From: a virus
Length of the DNA stretch: 64,000 nucleotides
Direction: 5' to 3' (one strand)
IMG/VR virus record: IMGVR_UViG_3300044695_004134
Location: 102,194-166,193 of that record
The translations under genes and the position numbers were made by a program. The notes beneath the pieces were generated by a model that was not told the DNA's origin, did no database searches, and was given only the letters and a program-made list of their open reading frames with translations. Positions 42,307 to 50,745 of this stretch are shown in pieces; the first letter of the stretch is position 1, and every line of letters begins with the position of its first letter.

Positions 42307-42716
42307 TTAGTTTGTTCCGCCAGTATCTTATAACCTTTACCCGTTGGATGAACACCATCAGCACTCATGTTATCAGCAGGCCTTAAAAGTACAACATCAC
42401 CATATTCTTTTGCAATTTTTGTCATTGCTTCATGTGGAATAGGTTTGCGGTCTTTTCCAGGATCAATCCAGAAGACACGTTTGCCTTTAATTGCTTCACG
42501 CATCTTCCTCAGTTCTTGTTCTGTTTTCACACCTTTGTGGTCATTTGCACCAAGGCTGATAATGATTGTTTCATAAGGTTTTGTAGTAGACTGGCTCAAG
42601 TAATCTTTATTCCACTGCCAACTATTCCAACCACCTTTAGAATAAGAAACACATTCTTTACGAACCATTGAAACACCAACGGCGATAGAATCACCTATAA
42701 TCATGCAATCAATCAT
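42303..42716 (-). CDS. SGNH/GDSL hydrolase
   Basis: IIGDSI, SLGAND, DGVHP. Confidence 0.85.
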   Translation of the reverse strand: MIDCMIIGDSIAVGVSMVRKECVSYSKGGWNSWQWNKDYLSQSTTKPYETIIISLGANDHKGVKTEQELRKMREAIKGKRVFWIDPGKDRKPIPHEAMTKIAKEYGDVVLLRPADNMSADGVHPTGKGYKILAEQTK

Positions 42717-42847
42717 AGCACTTCGTATTCGTCTTTACCAACACCACACTCTGGACATAAAAAGTCATCAGGTAAAGTATTCCATGCGCCTTCTAGTTCC
42801 TCATCGTGGACATGTCCACATACTACACATACATGATCTAGACTCAT
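42713..42847 (-). CDS. Rubredoxin (44 aa, not in the ORF track)
   Basis: MSLDHVCVVCGHVHDEELEGAWNTLPDDFLCPECGVGKDEYEVL; two CxxCG motifs. Confidence 0.9.
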   Translation of the reverse strand: MSLDHVCVVCGHVHDEELEGAWNTLPDDFLCPECGVGKDEYEVL

Positions 42848-43293
42848 AGTGCCTCCAATACTTGTTTATACGCATTTGCGTGACGTTCTTCAACTTTCTT
42901 CAATGCAGTGAAACGCTTTTCAGCTTTTTCCAAAATTGCTTTGAATGCTTGTGCATGTTCATTAGATTCACGACCCTGTTCGTTGAATTCTTTTACAGCT
43001 TCAATGTTTTGTTCAGCTTTAGCAATTCGTTCAAACTGTGGATACATTTCCGTAAACTCATAGGTCTCACCTTCAATAGCAAGTTCTAAGCATTCTTTAG
43101 TAGTTGGTTTACCAACCAACAATTCTAAATGACCCCATGCGTGTTTAATTTCTTGGTCGGCGGTGTGTTCAAAGTGTTTAGCAACTTCCTCAAAACCTTC
43201 TTCACGTGCCAACTTTGCAAAATAGCGATACTTGATATGTGCCATAGACTCACCAGCCAATGCACTCTCAAGATTTTTTAAAGTAATAGACAT
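42844..43293 (-). CDS. Rubrerythrin (ferritin-like domain)
   Basis: AGESMAHIKY, EIKHA, EGETYE, MYPQF, ERHA. Confidence 0.9.
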   Translation of the reverse strand: MSITLKNLESALAGESMAHIKYRYFAKLAREEGFEEVAKHFEHTADQEIKHAWGHLELLVGKPTTKECLELAIEGETYEFTEMYPQFERIAKAEQNIEAVKEFNEQGRESNEHAQAFKAILEKAEKRFTALKKVEERHANAYKQVLEAL

Positions 43294-43309
43294 TTTTTTC
43301 CTTATTAAT

Positions 43310-43384
43310 TGGTCCGGCGTACAGGAATCGAACCCATATTCGGGGCTTAGAAGACCCCTGTATTATCCATTATACGAACGCCGG
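43310..43384 (-). tRNA. tRNA-Arg(TCT)
   Basis: CT-TCT-AA, CCA. Confidence 0.88.
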
Positions 43385-43389
43385 GAGTT

Positions 43390-43674
43390 TTATTTAGTAT
43401 AATCAATCGTATGAACGAGTTTATCCACATCCATCCAATGAGAACAGAGTTCAGACTTATCATCTTTCAAACGACTAATCATTTCGGTGACACCTTCATG
43501 TGTGGTCTCACGACCCTCGATGATTTGCTCACCGAGGAATTTTTGAGTTACTTCATCGAATTCACGACTGTGTTCAGTCATCACTAATTCGTCATATGCA
43601 TGTTCGAGGCTTTCGGCCTCAATTACATACTTATTACGGAAAGTGCTTAGTACATCTATTTCAAATAACGGCAT
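43390..43674 (-). CDS. Hypothetical protein
   Basis: ORF within an operon. Confidence 0.55.
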   Translation of the reverse strand: MPLFEIDVLSTFRNKYVIEAESLEHAYDELVMTEHSREFDEVTQKFLGEQIIEGRETTHEGVTEMISRLKDDKSELCSHWMDVDKLVHTIDYTK

Positions 43675-43867
43675 AATCAAAGTCCTTTAATAATTTAGTA
43701 AGTAAATTTTCACGTTTAATACCCATCACTTCATCCAACATACGTTTCAACAAATCAATTTGACCCTGTTTCCACTTACGATCATCTAAACTAAAAGACG
43801 AATTCATAATGTCGGTATGCCAAAGGATTTCAAACTCAAGATAATTGAGAAGAACATCCTTCGACAT
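43661..43867 (-). CDS. Hypothetical protein
   Basis: GAGG RBS before MSKDV. Confidence 0.5.
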   Translation of the reverse strand: MSKDVLLNYLEFEILWHTDIMNSSFSLDDRKWKQGQIDLLKRMLDEVMGIKRENLLTKLLKDFDYAVI

Positions 43868-43868
43868 A

Positions 43869-44771
43869 TTAAACCTCAATAAATTGAAGTTGGAAATTAT
43901 CCGCTTGTTCTTCGTATTTGTGGTAACCACGTGGGTTAGCAATAATACGTGTAGAACCAATCATATAATCGAAATTATGATGGGTGTGACCATGAGTCCA
44001 CAGTTTGATTTGTGGATGATCCAAAATGAATTCAGACAAGTCTGAACTGTATGCACCGTTCACCATAACATCATTTTCATATTGTGGCTTCGTTGATTGC
44101 TTAGAAGGAGCATGATGGCCAACAACAATCCAGTTTTTAAGTGGTTGTGCAACAATCGCTTCGTCCAATGCTTTCAATGTAGCCTTATGTTCACGCACAG
44201 ATTTTTCCGGAGAAAACTTGCCTGTACGTGTGTGAAATTCATTTTTCACAATATTAGTGTAGTCTGTGCTTCCGTCTTCTTTGGTGCCATAAACAGGCAC
44301 TTTGTAATTAACCACTTCATCACTATCCTCAATGATACGATAATCGTTCATGTAACCTTTGATACCATACAAGGTGTTTGGGTCTTCCTTGTTCATATCT
44401 GTCCATAGTGAAGCGCCAAAGAACATTGTGCCTTTGATATCAATACATTCTTTTTCTAGAATGTGAAGATTGACCAAATAACCAAGGTTAGTACGGAGAT
44501 TTGTAAGAGACTTAGCAAAATCACCGTGATAATGTTCATGGTTTCCGAGAATGTAAATGACATGAGGAAATCTTGCAGAGCATTCTTGGAAGAATGTATG
44601 AATTTTATTAGACTTATCATGTTCACCTCGGAGGTTATAAGTATCACGAACAAGGACTTCCTTGGCAACACAAATGTCACCAGAGAGAATCAACACATCA
44701 GCACCTTCGGTGTTCTCCAAGGAAATCGTACCGAATTCCAGGTGAACATCAGAACATAGAGCAACTTTCAT
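43869..44771 (-). CDS. Calcineurin-like metallophosphoesterase
   Basis: SDVH, GDI, GNHE, HH, HGHTH. Confidence 0.92.
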   Translation of the reverse strand: MKVALCSDVHLEFGTISLENTEGADVLILSGDICVAKEVLVRDTYNLRGEHDKSNKIHTFFQECSARFPHVIYILGNHEHYHGDFAKSLTNLRTNLGYLVNLHILEKECIDIKGTMFFGASLWTDMNKEDPNTLYGIKGYMNDYRIIEDSDEVVNYKVPVYGTKEDGSTDYTNIVKNEFHTRTGKFSPEKSVREHKATLKALDEAIVAQPLKNWIVVGHHAPSKQSTKPQYENDVMVNGAYSSDLSEFILDHPQIKLWTHGHTHHNFDYMIGSTRIIANPRGYHKYEEQADNFQLQFIEV

Positions 44772-44883
44772 TTTAATCTTCCTTCGTTTTAATACTTAAC
44801 AAACAACCGAGCGCCAACAAAAACCACCAAGGCGACCAATCATAAAATTGGACCAAACAAGCGGTACCCGAAAGTACAGCCAA

Positions 44884-44912
44884 ATTATAACACAGAACCA
44901 AAGCAATGTCAA
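44884..44912 (-). promoter_or_regulatory. Sigma70-type promoter
   Basis: TTGACA-17-TATAAT consensus. Confidence 0.78.
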
Positions 44913-44927
44913 GTGAATTTTTATTCA

Positions 44928-45122
44928 TTATGCTTTTACCTTTTCCAAGGAATCTTTACGCATATAGTGAATAGTTTGTGTGTTTGAATGTGAGGGTATT
45001 TGTTTCACAACCGGCAAAAATTCAACACCATCTATGTCTTTGGATGGCCAATGTGGGTAGGTGTAATACACTTCCGCTTGGGAAATTCTATTACGCATCT
45101 TAATGGGAGTATGCATTTTCAT
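44928..45122 (-). CDS. Small hypothetical protein
   Basis: IDGVEFLPV motif; coupled to the upstream ORF. Confidence 0.55.
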   Translation of the reverse strand: MKMHTPIKMRNRISQAEVYYTYPHWPSKDIDGVEFLPVVKQIPSHSNTQTIHYMRKDSLEKVKA

Positions 45123-45244
45123 AATCTAATCAACATAATCAAAAAACAAACGGCAAGAATTCCAAAAGTAAATGTCCGACCCAATAGTGCGCCTAGGAAT
45201 GCACCTAAAACAAAAAGACTATATGAGGATAAGAAGATTTCCAT
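45119..45244 (-). CDS. 41-aa membrane peptide (not in the ORF track)
   Basis: MEIFLSSYSLFVLGAFLGALLGRTFTFGILAVCFLIMLIRL; ATGA overlap. Confidence 0.45.
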   Translation of the reverse strand: MEIFLSSYSLFVLGAFLGALLGRTFTFGILAVCFLIMLIRL

Positions 45245-45286
45245 GTTAGAATCCGAGTTACTTACAAGGATTCTAACAGACTCACG

Positions 45287-45757
45287 TTACTTTGTCAAGG
45301 CTCCTGTTGTATTTTTGCTACAACCGATCTCGATTTTTCGTGGTTTCTTTTCTTCTGGAATGATGTTTACCAGATTGATGACCAATAAACCGTCAGCGAT
45401 ATCAGCATCTTTAACAACGATGGTGTCAGAGAGTACAAATTTGTGGGAAAAATCCCTTGTACCGATACCACGGTGTAGATACTTATCGGAGGTTCTTGCG
45501 GTCTTGATTGATCCATTCACGTAAAGTTTTCCACCTTCCGAAGTGATTTCGATTTCATCACGCTTGAAGCCAGAAACGGCAATTTCAATCGTGTAATTTT
45601 CGTCATCTTCTTTAAGGATGTTGTATGGTGGATAGCTTTGAACCTTTGCACCTTGACCGAGAAGATTGTCGAATTCCTCGAAAGTGCTTAGTAGTCGGTC
45701 GAAACCAACGGTGGATGGAAGCAAAGTTTTGCCGTATGGCAGAGACAGATGTGTCAT
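45287..45757 (-). CDS. Small heat-shock protein (Hsp20/IbpA-like)
   Basis: VGFDRL, YPPYNI, YLHRGI, DGLLVI, PEEKKPRKIEI. Confidence 0.95.
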   Translation of the reverse strand: MTHLSLPYGKTLLPSTVGFDRLLSTFEEFDNLLGQGAKVQSYPPYNILKEDDENYTIEIAVSGFKRDEIEITSEGGKLYVNGSIKTARTSDKYLHRGIGTRDFSHKFVLSDTIVVKDADIADGLLVINLVNIIPEEKKPRKIEIGCSKNTTGALTK

Positions 45758-45763
45758 AGTTTT

Positions 45764-45810
45764 CTCCTAAAAGCGAGTTAATTAAAATTACTACCCCGAA
45801 GGCATAGTAG
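45764..45810 (-). promoter_or_regulatory. ROSE-like RNA thermometer in the hsp20 5' UTR
   Basis: CUCGCU-UUU-AGGAG hairpin with bulged G, preceded by a CUAC...UUCG...GUAG hairpin. Confidence 0.6.
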
Positions 45811-45906
45811 TCCTGCTTACTTAATACAGGGTCAACTAACGGGTGACAGTGCAATTGCCCGGACGCCTTTTACCGTAGCATCAAACAGCCCTAAGGTGGG
45901 CTCTTT

Positions 45907-46320
45907 TTATTTATCCGTTGATTGTGGTTTTTTGCTACCAATGTTATACTTGGGTACAAGTTGCCAATCGTTCTTCTCTTTATGAGACAGAATCTTAACC
46001 TGAGACAGTGAGACTGTTGGTTCTACAGTCTGTTCCTTTTTGACAATCTTAATGAGTTCCCAATCTTCCAGCAAGTTGGTAACAGTGTTTCTCCGAGCAA
46101 TATCATTCTCGGTTAAATCCGTTGGTTTACCATCCAAAGAAAACAGTTCTTTGAAATGTACGATATAATACTTACCTTGCTTATGTAGAATGTGGCAAGA
46201 TTGGTAAAGTATTTTTTCTTTTTTGGATGCAACACCGATGCGTGTGAGAGTTTCACGTACTTTTAAAAAGTCGTCCTTTTCACCTAGTGTCACCTCTACC
46301 ATATCTTCTATTTTAATCAT
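45907..46320 (-). CDS. regA: RegA translational repressor
   Basis: DDFLKVRETLTRIG, LYQSCHILHKQGKYYIVHFKELF. Confidence 0.96.
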   Translation of the reverse strand: MIKIEDMVEVTLGEKDDFLKVRETLTRIGVASKKEKILYQSCHILHKQGKYYIVHFKELFSLDGKPTDLTENDIARRNTVTNLLEDWELIKIVKKEQTVEPTVSLSQVKILSHKEKNDWQLVPKYNIGSKKPQSTDK

Positions 46321-46703
46321 TATTTCTTCACTCCGCCTTTATCTAGTTTTTCTTTTATCAAAGCGATTTGTTCATCCGATAGAATACGTAATGCTTCTTT
46401 GGCCTTTTCGTTGGAATAGCCAAAGTATTCTTTAACACACTCTAAATCCTTAACCGCTGCCTGTTTTTGCCAAGCGTGAAACTTGCGTTTCATAGGTCTA
46501 ATTGTATTTAGAAGATATTGGAATTGTAAAGTTTCTGGTAGATGATGATTCATATTCAACTCATTCACATATAAAATGCAATCGAGTTGATATGAGAGTG
46601 AACGATTAACAAGAAACGGCTTGTATGATTTGAAATCTAATTCTTCATCGGAAAATTTATTTCTTTTGCTTAGAACGAGTTCAACAAAATCGAATGGACT
46701 CAT
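46320..46703 (-). CDS. 62: Clamp loader small subunit gp62
   Basis: YKPFLVNRSLS, YFGYSNEKAKEAL; position. Confidence 0.9.
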   Translation of the reverse strand: MSPFDFVELVLSKRNKFSDEELDFKSYKPFLVNRSLSYQLDCILYVNELNMNHHLPETLQFQYLLNTIRPMKRKFHAWQKQAAVKDLECVKEYFGYSNEKAKEALRILSDEQIALIKEKLDKGGVKK

Positions 46704-46710
46704 ATTATTC

Positions 46711-47652
46711 TCACTTAAAAGAACAATCGGCCATCAATTCTGTCAAGAATGCCATCAAATTAATCTCTTGGTCGGCAACAAATGCAGACTGATACTGATA
46801 TTTTGCAAGATGCAAAACTGCTTGAGGAATACTATCCGGTGTCATAACCTCATAAAGAGATTCATAAATCTTCCTGAAGATAGAAGCTGAATCGGAGTCA
46901 ATGTTATTGATAACCCACTTTCGAGCCAGACCAAAGTCTTTCTCTTTTACGGCTTTAATTAAATCAGAAATTTGTAGGTCGGATACAGATGCAAGGATGC
47001 CCTTGTCAATTGTACCACCAACAGAATAACGCTGTAGTTCATTGAGAACACGGCGATTATCTGGAAAGTGTTTTGTAATAACTGATGCTACAACTTGCTT
47101 GTCGTATACAATGTTTTCTTGTTCAAGAATCCATTCCACACGCTTGAAGAACTGTGCGGCCATCTTTGCTTTTTGACCATTCTGAATCTTAAATTCAACC
47201 ACAGAACAACGAGAGTGTAGGGGGTCGATGATACGATTCTTGAAGTTACAAGTAAAGATGAAAGAACAGTTAACTGCGAATTCTTCCATTGCACCACGAA
47301 GTGCAGGTTGTGTGGAATTTGGATTTAGATAATCAGCTTCATCAATAATGATGACCTTGCGGCCACCAGAAAGGCTCATTGATGATGCATAGTTTTTGAT
47401 TTTGTTGCGGAATGTGTCAATGCCGCTTTCGTCCGACCCGTTGATGACGATGTAGTCACAGCCAACTTCTTCACATAGGGCTTTTGCGATTGTAGTTTTG
47501 CCGACCCCTGCGGATCCAGCAAGTAGCAAATTTGGGATTTCTTTTCTGTTAACATATTCCTGAAAGGTTGTTTTAATAGACTCCGGAAGAATACAGTCCT
47601 CAATTTTGTGAGGACGATACTTTTCCACCCATAGCATTTGGTTGCTTTCCAT
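46711..47652 (-). CDS. 44: Clamp loader large subunit gp44
   Basis: LWVEKYRP, GVGKTT, IIDEAD, SRC. Confidence 0.96.
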   Translation of the reverse strand: MESNQMLWVEKYRPHKIEDCILPESIKTTFQEYVNRKEIPNLLLAGSAGVGKTTIAKALCEEVGCDYIVINGSDESGIDTFRNKIKNYASSMSLSGGRKVIIIDEADYLNPNSTQPALRGAMEEFAVNCSFIFTCNFKNRIIDPLHSRCSVVEFKIQNGQKAKMAAQFFKRVEWILEQENIVYDKQVVASVITKHFPDNRRVLNELQRYSVGGTIDKGILASVSDLQISDLIKAVKEKDFGLARKWVINNIDSDSASIFRKIYESLYEVMTPDSIPQAVLHLAKYQYQSAFVADQEINLMAFLTELMADCSFK

Positions 47653-47678
47653 TCAAATTCTCCATAATAATATAATAA

Positions 47679-47885
47679 TTAAAGGGGTGAACCGTCTTTC
47701 CACTCCCAACCCAAACATAGTGCCATCATTTTACGATGAAACCAGTTTGGTTTTTTCACAATAGAAATACTCAACCCATAATTTCCACCAATTCGATAAA
47801 AACCAGAATATTTTGGCGGTACATAAAAACTATATGGCTGAGTAGCCGCATTCGTTATGTAAGGGGATGAGTTAGACTCACTCAT
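47679..47885 (-). CDS. Hypothetical protein
   Basis: KKPNWFHR...LGWEW; coupled to the upstream ORF. Confidence 0.5.
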   Translation of the reverse strand: MSESNSSPYITNAATQPYSFYVPPKYSGFYRIGGNYGLSISIVKKPNWFHRKMMALCLGWEWKDGSPL

Positions 47886-48157
47886 TTCGTTTCAGTCATT
47901 CCGATGTAGAGTGCTTCAAACTCATTATCTTCCGTGACTTCTTCTTGGAAAGATTGTTTGTGGTGTGTCTTTGCCATACGGCGAAGAACCTTTTTTGGAA
48001 TTTTAAAGTTATCATAAAGTGCATCGATAACATCTTTGATAGCTTCTTTGTGTGAATCGATAACTGTCATTTCATTTGAAATTTCAGAGAGAGCATCACG
48101 AATGGATTTGAGTTGGTTCTCATCAAAAGAACCATAGAGTGTAGTCACAGCAGTCAT
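47882..48157 (-). CDS. T4 DsbA-like dsDNA-binding protein
   Basis: IPKKVLRRMAKTHHKQSFQEE...FEALY. Confidence 0.7.
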   Translation of the reverse strand: MTAVTTLYGSFDENQLKSIRDALSEISNEMTVIDSHKEAIKDVIDALYDNFKIPKKVLRRMAKTHHKQSFQEEVTEDNEFEALYIGMTETK

Positions 48158-48159
48158 AA

Positions 48160-48843
48160 TTATTCTCCGTACTTAGAACCAGTTTCAGTTGTCACCCAAT
48201 ATTCGACAGGAACAGTTGTGTTCTTGAAGTGACCAATACCTTTAGAAGCAATAGTAACTTCATATGCACCAGGAACAAAACGTAGGTTTTCGGTTGCAAA
48301 GAACATACGATATTTTGTACCAGTTCCCTGTACGTTTAAGGTTGTCGAGTTGACATGTGATGCATCGTCTTTTGCATCAAAAGTTTCGATTGTACAAGAT
48401 TCACCGTCAGAAACAAAAGCGATGTTTGGTGAACCAAGTGCTGATGCAACTTTAGAAATCCACTCTAGGTCTTGTGCATCAAGTGAGAATTTAATCTCTG
48501 CATTGTCCATAGAGATAGTCTTATCAGGTGGAACAAGAATAGTTTCTTTAGCCGCTTTACGATACTTGGTGCTAGAACGACCACCAAGGCCTTTGATGAC
48601 AATGTTCTTTTCTTCAATCTCAATTTCAGGTTGTGCATCACGTGCTAGTGTGAGTGTGCCCAAGAAATTGTTGAGGTCGTGAATACCAAATTCAGACTCA
48701 AAGGTATCGGTTAATTCTGCTCTCGCAAGAATGTTTTTTTGTTTAGAGATAGTTTCAATAACATTACCGGGCTTAACATAGATACCCTCATTAATCGTGG
48801 CAAAGTTTTTAAAAATACTCATTGTATTTGTGGAAAGTTTCAT
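48160..48843 (-). CDS. 45: Sliding clamp gp45
   Basis: MKLS...KNFATIN, FGIHDLNNFL. Confidence 0.93.
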   Translation of the reverse strand: MKLSTNTMSIFKNFATINEGIYVKPGNVIETISKQKNILARAELTDTFESEFGIHDLNNFLGTLTLARDAQPEIEIEEKNIVIKGLGGRSSTKYRKAAKETILVPPDKTISMDNAEIKFSLDAQDLEWISKVASALGSPNIAFVSDGESCTIETFDAKDDASHVNSTTLNVQGTGTKYRMFFATENLRFVPGAYEVTIASKGIGHFKNTTVPVEYWVTTETGSKYGE

Positions 48844-48854
48844 AACAATACTCC

Positions 48855-49505
48855 TTAAGTAGGTTCTTGAATTGTATCAGGTCCAAAGGAACTAATCAAG
48901 CAATTCTTCAATTTTTTCTTCAAGTCTTCCAGACTTCCATCATTGTCGATAGTGTGGTCAATATCACCACCAACCCATCTCCATTCAGATTCATGCACAC
49001 CAGATTGTTCAATCATAAATGCTTCAGCTTTGTGGTCATCACGATTTGCTTTTGCGGCAATTTCATACCAATGTGGTTTGATGCCACGTTTAATTTCAAT
49101 TAATGCTCCACCGTGTTTGTTGATAAAAGAAATTTCATTCTGAAATCTAACATCAGTGATAACATAATTTTGTTCAGGTGCGTTATCGATATAGTTTTTT
49201 AACTTAATCACCCAAAAATCTTTATGAAATACATCACGGCCAACTTCTGTACCCATTAATTGTAAGGCAAAACGAGGCGTGAATTCTTTTCCGAATTCGG
49301 ATGACCAGAAATTGTCCGGCTTTTCTCGCCATTCACGTGAGTGTTGTGTATCACCCTCCAACAAATGACGAGGCCAACCAAACATTTCTGCTGTAACATC
49401 CTTAACTCCTTTTGCAAAGGATACAGGTGTGAAACCCATATCTTTAAGCATGTCACCTGCTGTACCTTTACCTGAACCAATAAATCCAAGTAAACCAACG
49501 AGCAT
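48855..49505 (-). CDS. Deoxynucleoside monophosphate kinase (gp1-like)
   Basis: GFIGSGKGT, PRFALQLMGTE, ITDVRFQNE, HESE. Confidence 0.9.
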   Translation of the reverse strand: MLVGLLGFIGSGKGTAGDMLKDMGFTPVSFAKGVKDVTAEMFGWPRHLLEGDTQHSREWREKPDNFWSSEFGKEFTPRFALQLMGTEVGRDVFHKDFWVIKLKNYIDNAPEQNYVITDVRFQNEISFINKHGGALIEIKRGIKPHWYEIAAKANRDDHKAEAFMIEQSGVHESEWRWVGGDIDHTIDNDGSLEDLKKKLKNCLISSFGPDTIQEPT

Positions 49506-50302
49506 TACATTTCTCCGACAAAGTTCGCAACGGCAGGCATGTCACCTTGGAAATGGTATGTGCCAATGTGTTGTGTACGCATCCAAGGGCAGAGCCAAAT
49601 TTGACCACCCATGTTACGCCACCATTGACAGAACATGTAATCTTCTGAGAGATAACGTTCAGACTTCGTATCAATCACAGTGTCAAAGTATGCATGAATG
49701 TAACGTGAACCATCAAAGTGTGCTTGACCAACGTGGTCTGGCTTGTACTTGAGATTTGGATATTGTTCCGCAAATTTAGGGAACACTTCACGTTTAATCA
49801 TCATAAAACCGGTACCGATTTCCATGACTTCAAGTGGTTCAGAAACAGAGAACTGTGCGGTACCTTTAACTGGATTGAAAACATAATCACCAGTAACTTT
49901 CTCAAGAACATGCGGTTCAATGTCTGGATGCATTTGAACTGCCTTCTTGACGTTACCCCATTTGATAGCCTTCTTAGGATAAGGACCACCAATAACATCT
50001 TTATCGAGCGCCAACATTGCAATCACATCTTGTGGATTGAAGTTGATATCAGAATCGATAAACAACATATGTGAGCAATCAGAACGATTTAGGAATTCAT
50101 CCACCAAATAGTTCCTTGCACGTGTAATCAAAGACTCATTAAACAAGAATGAGAATTTAACTTCGATTCCATATTGAATACACATACCTTGTAAGTCAAG
50201 ACATGCCTTCATATAGAGTCCATGGTTTTGCCCACCATACATTGGTGTGGCTACAAACAGCTTATGTTTTCTAAGTTCTTCTGTTTTGATTGAAATTTCC
50301 AT
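49505..50302 (-). CDS. GT-A-fold glycosyltransferase-like protein
   Basis: NESLITRARN, FIDSDI, GTGFM, LSEDYMFC. Confidence 0.7.
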   Translation of the reverse strand: MEISIKTEELRKHKLFVATPMYGGQNHGLYMKACLDLQGMCIQYGIEVKFSFLFNESLITRARNYLVDEFLNRSDCSHMLFIDSDINFNPQDVIAMLALDKDVIGGPYPKKAIKWGNVKKAVQMHPDIEPHVLEKVTGDYVFNPVKGTAQFSVSEPLEVMEIGTGFMMIKREVFPKFAEQYPNLKYKPDHVGQAHFDGSRYIHAYFDTVIDTKSERYLSEDYMFCQWWRNMGGQIWLCPWMRTQHIGTYHFQGDMPAVANFVGEM

Positions 50303-50317
50303 TTGTACTCCAAAATT

Positions 50318-50354
50318 AAAAAAAAGGAGAGACCATTAGGAAATGGTACTCTCC
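50318..50354 (-). terminator. Intrinsic terminator
   Basis: GGAGAG-ACCAT hairpin followed by a T-run. Confidence 0.6.
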
Positions 50355-50369
50355 AATGTCAAACCAGAA

Positions 50370-50642
50370 TTAAGCGGTTTGTGGACGAACGCCCATAGCA
50401 CGGCATTGTGCTTTGAAAGACTTGGAAGGAGTTCCAAGACGGTAAACAGCAACCTTAGAGCCATCAGCACGTGACTTAATGTTGGTATAGATAGCATAAC
50501 CTTCGTTACGCAACTCGGCAATACGAGCGGCAACATTGGTAACACCAAAGCGTGAGCGAGCCTGTGCTACGCTGAATGTGTTGTAACCTTCCTTTTTGGT
50601 CAAGGTTTGCAACATTTTTTCCTTAGCGGATACTTTCTTCAT
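50370..50642 (-). CDS. Winged-helix DNA-binding protein
   Basis: ARSRFGVTNVAARIAELRNEGYAI...YRLG. Confidence 0.75.
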   Translation of the reverse strand: MKKVSAKEKMLQTLTKKEGYNTFSVAQARSRFGVTNVAARIAELRNEGYAIYTNIKSRADGSKVAVYRLGTPSKSFKAQCRAMGVRPQTA

Positions 50643-50691
50643 AATAAACTCCATTTTAAAGTTAAGAACACTGCTCAGATGAGCAAATCAC

Positions 50692-50720
50692 AGTATACAA
50701 TTATGTAGGATAAAAGTCAA
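50692..50720 (-). promoter_or_regulatory. Sigma70-type promoter
   Basis: TTGACT-17-TATACT. Confidence 0.6.
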
Positions 50721-50745
50721 GTGTTTTAGCGGTACACTTGAGAAT

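Noticed and set aside
32614-43384. Suppressor tRNA or genetic-code reassignment
   Set aside because: No CTA, TTA or TCA anticodon was found, and core genes translate full length with the standard code.
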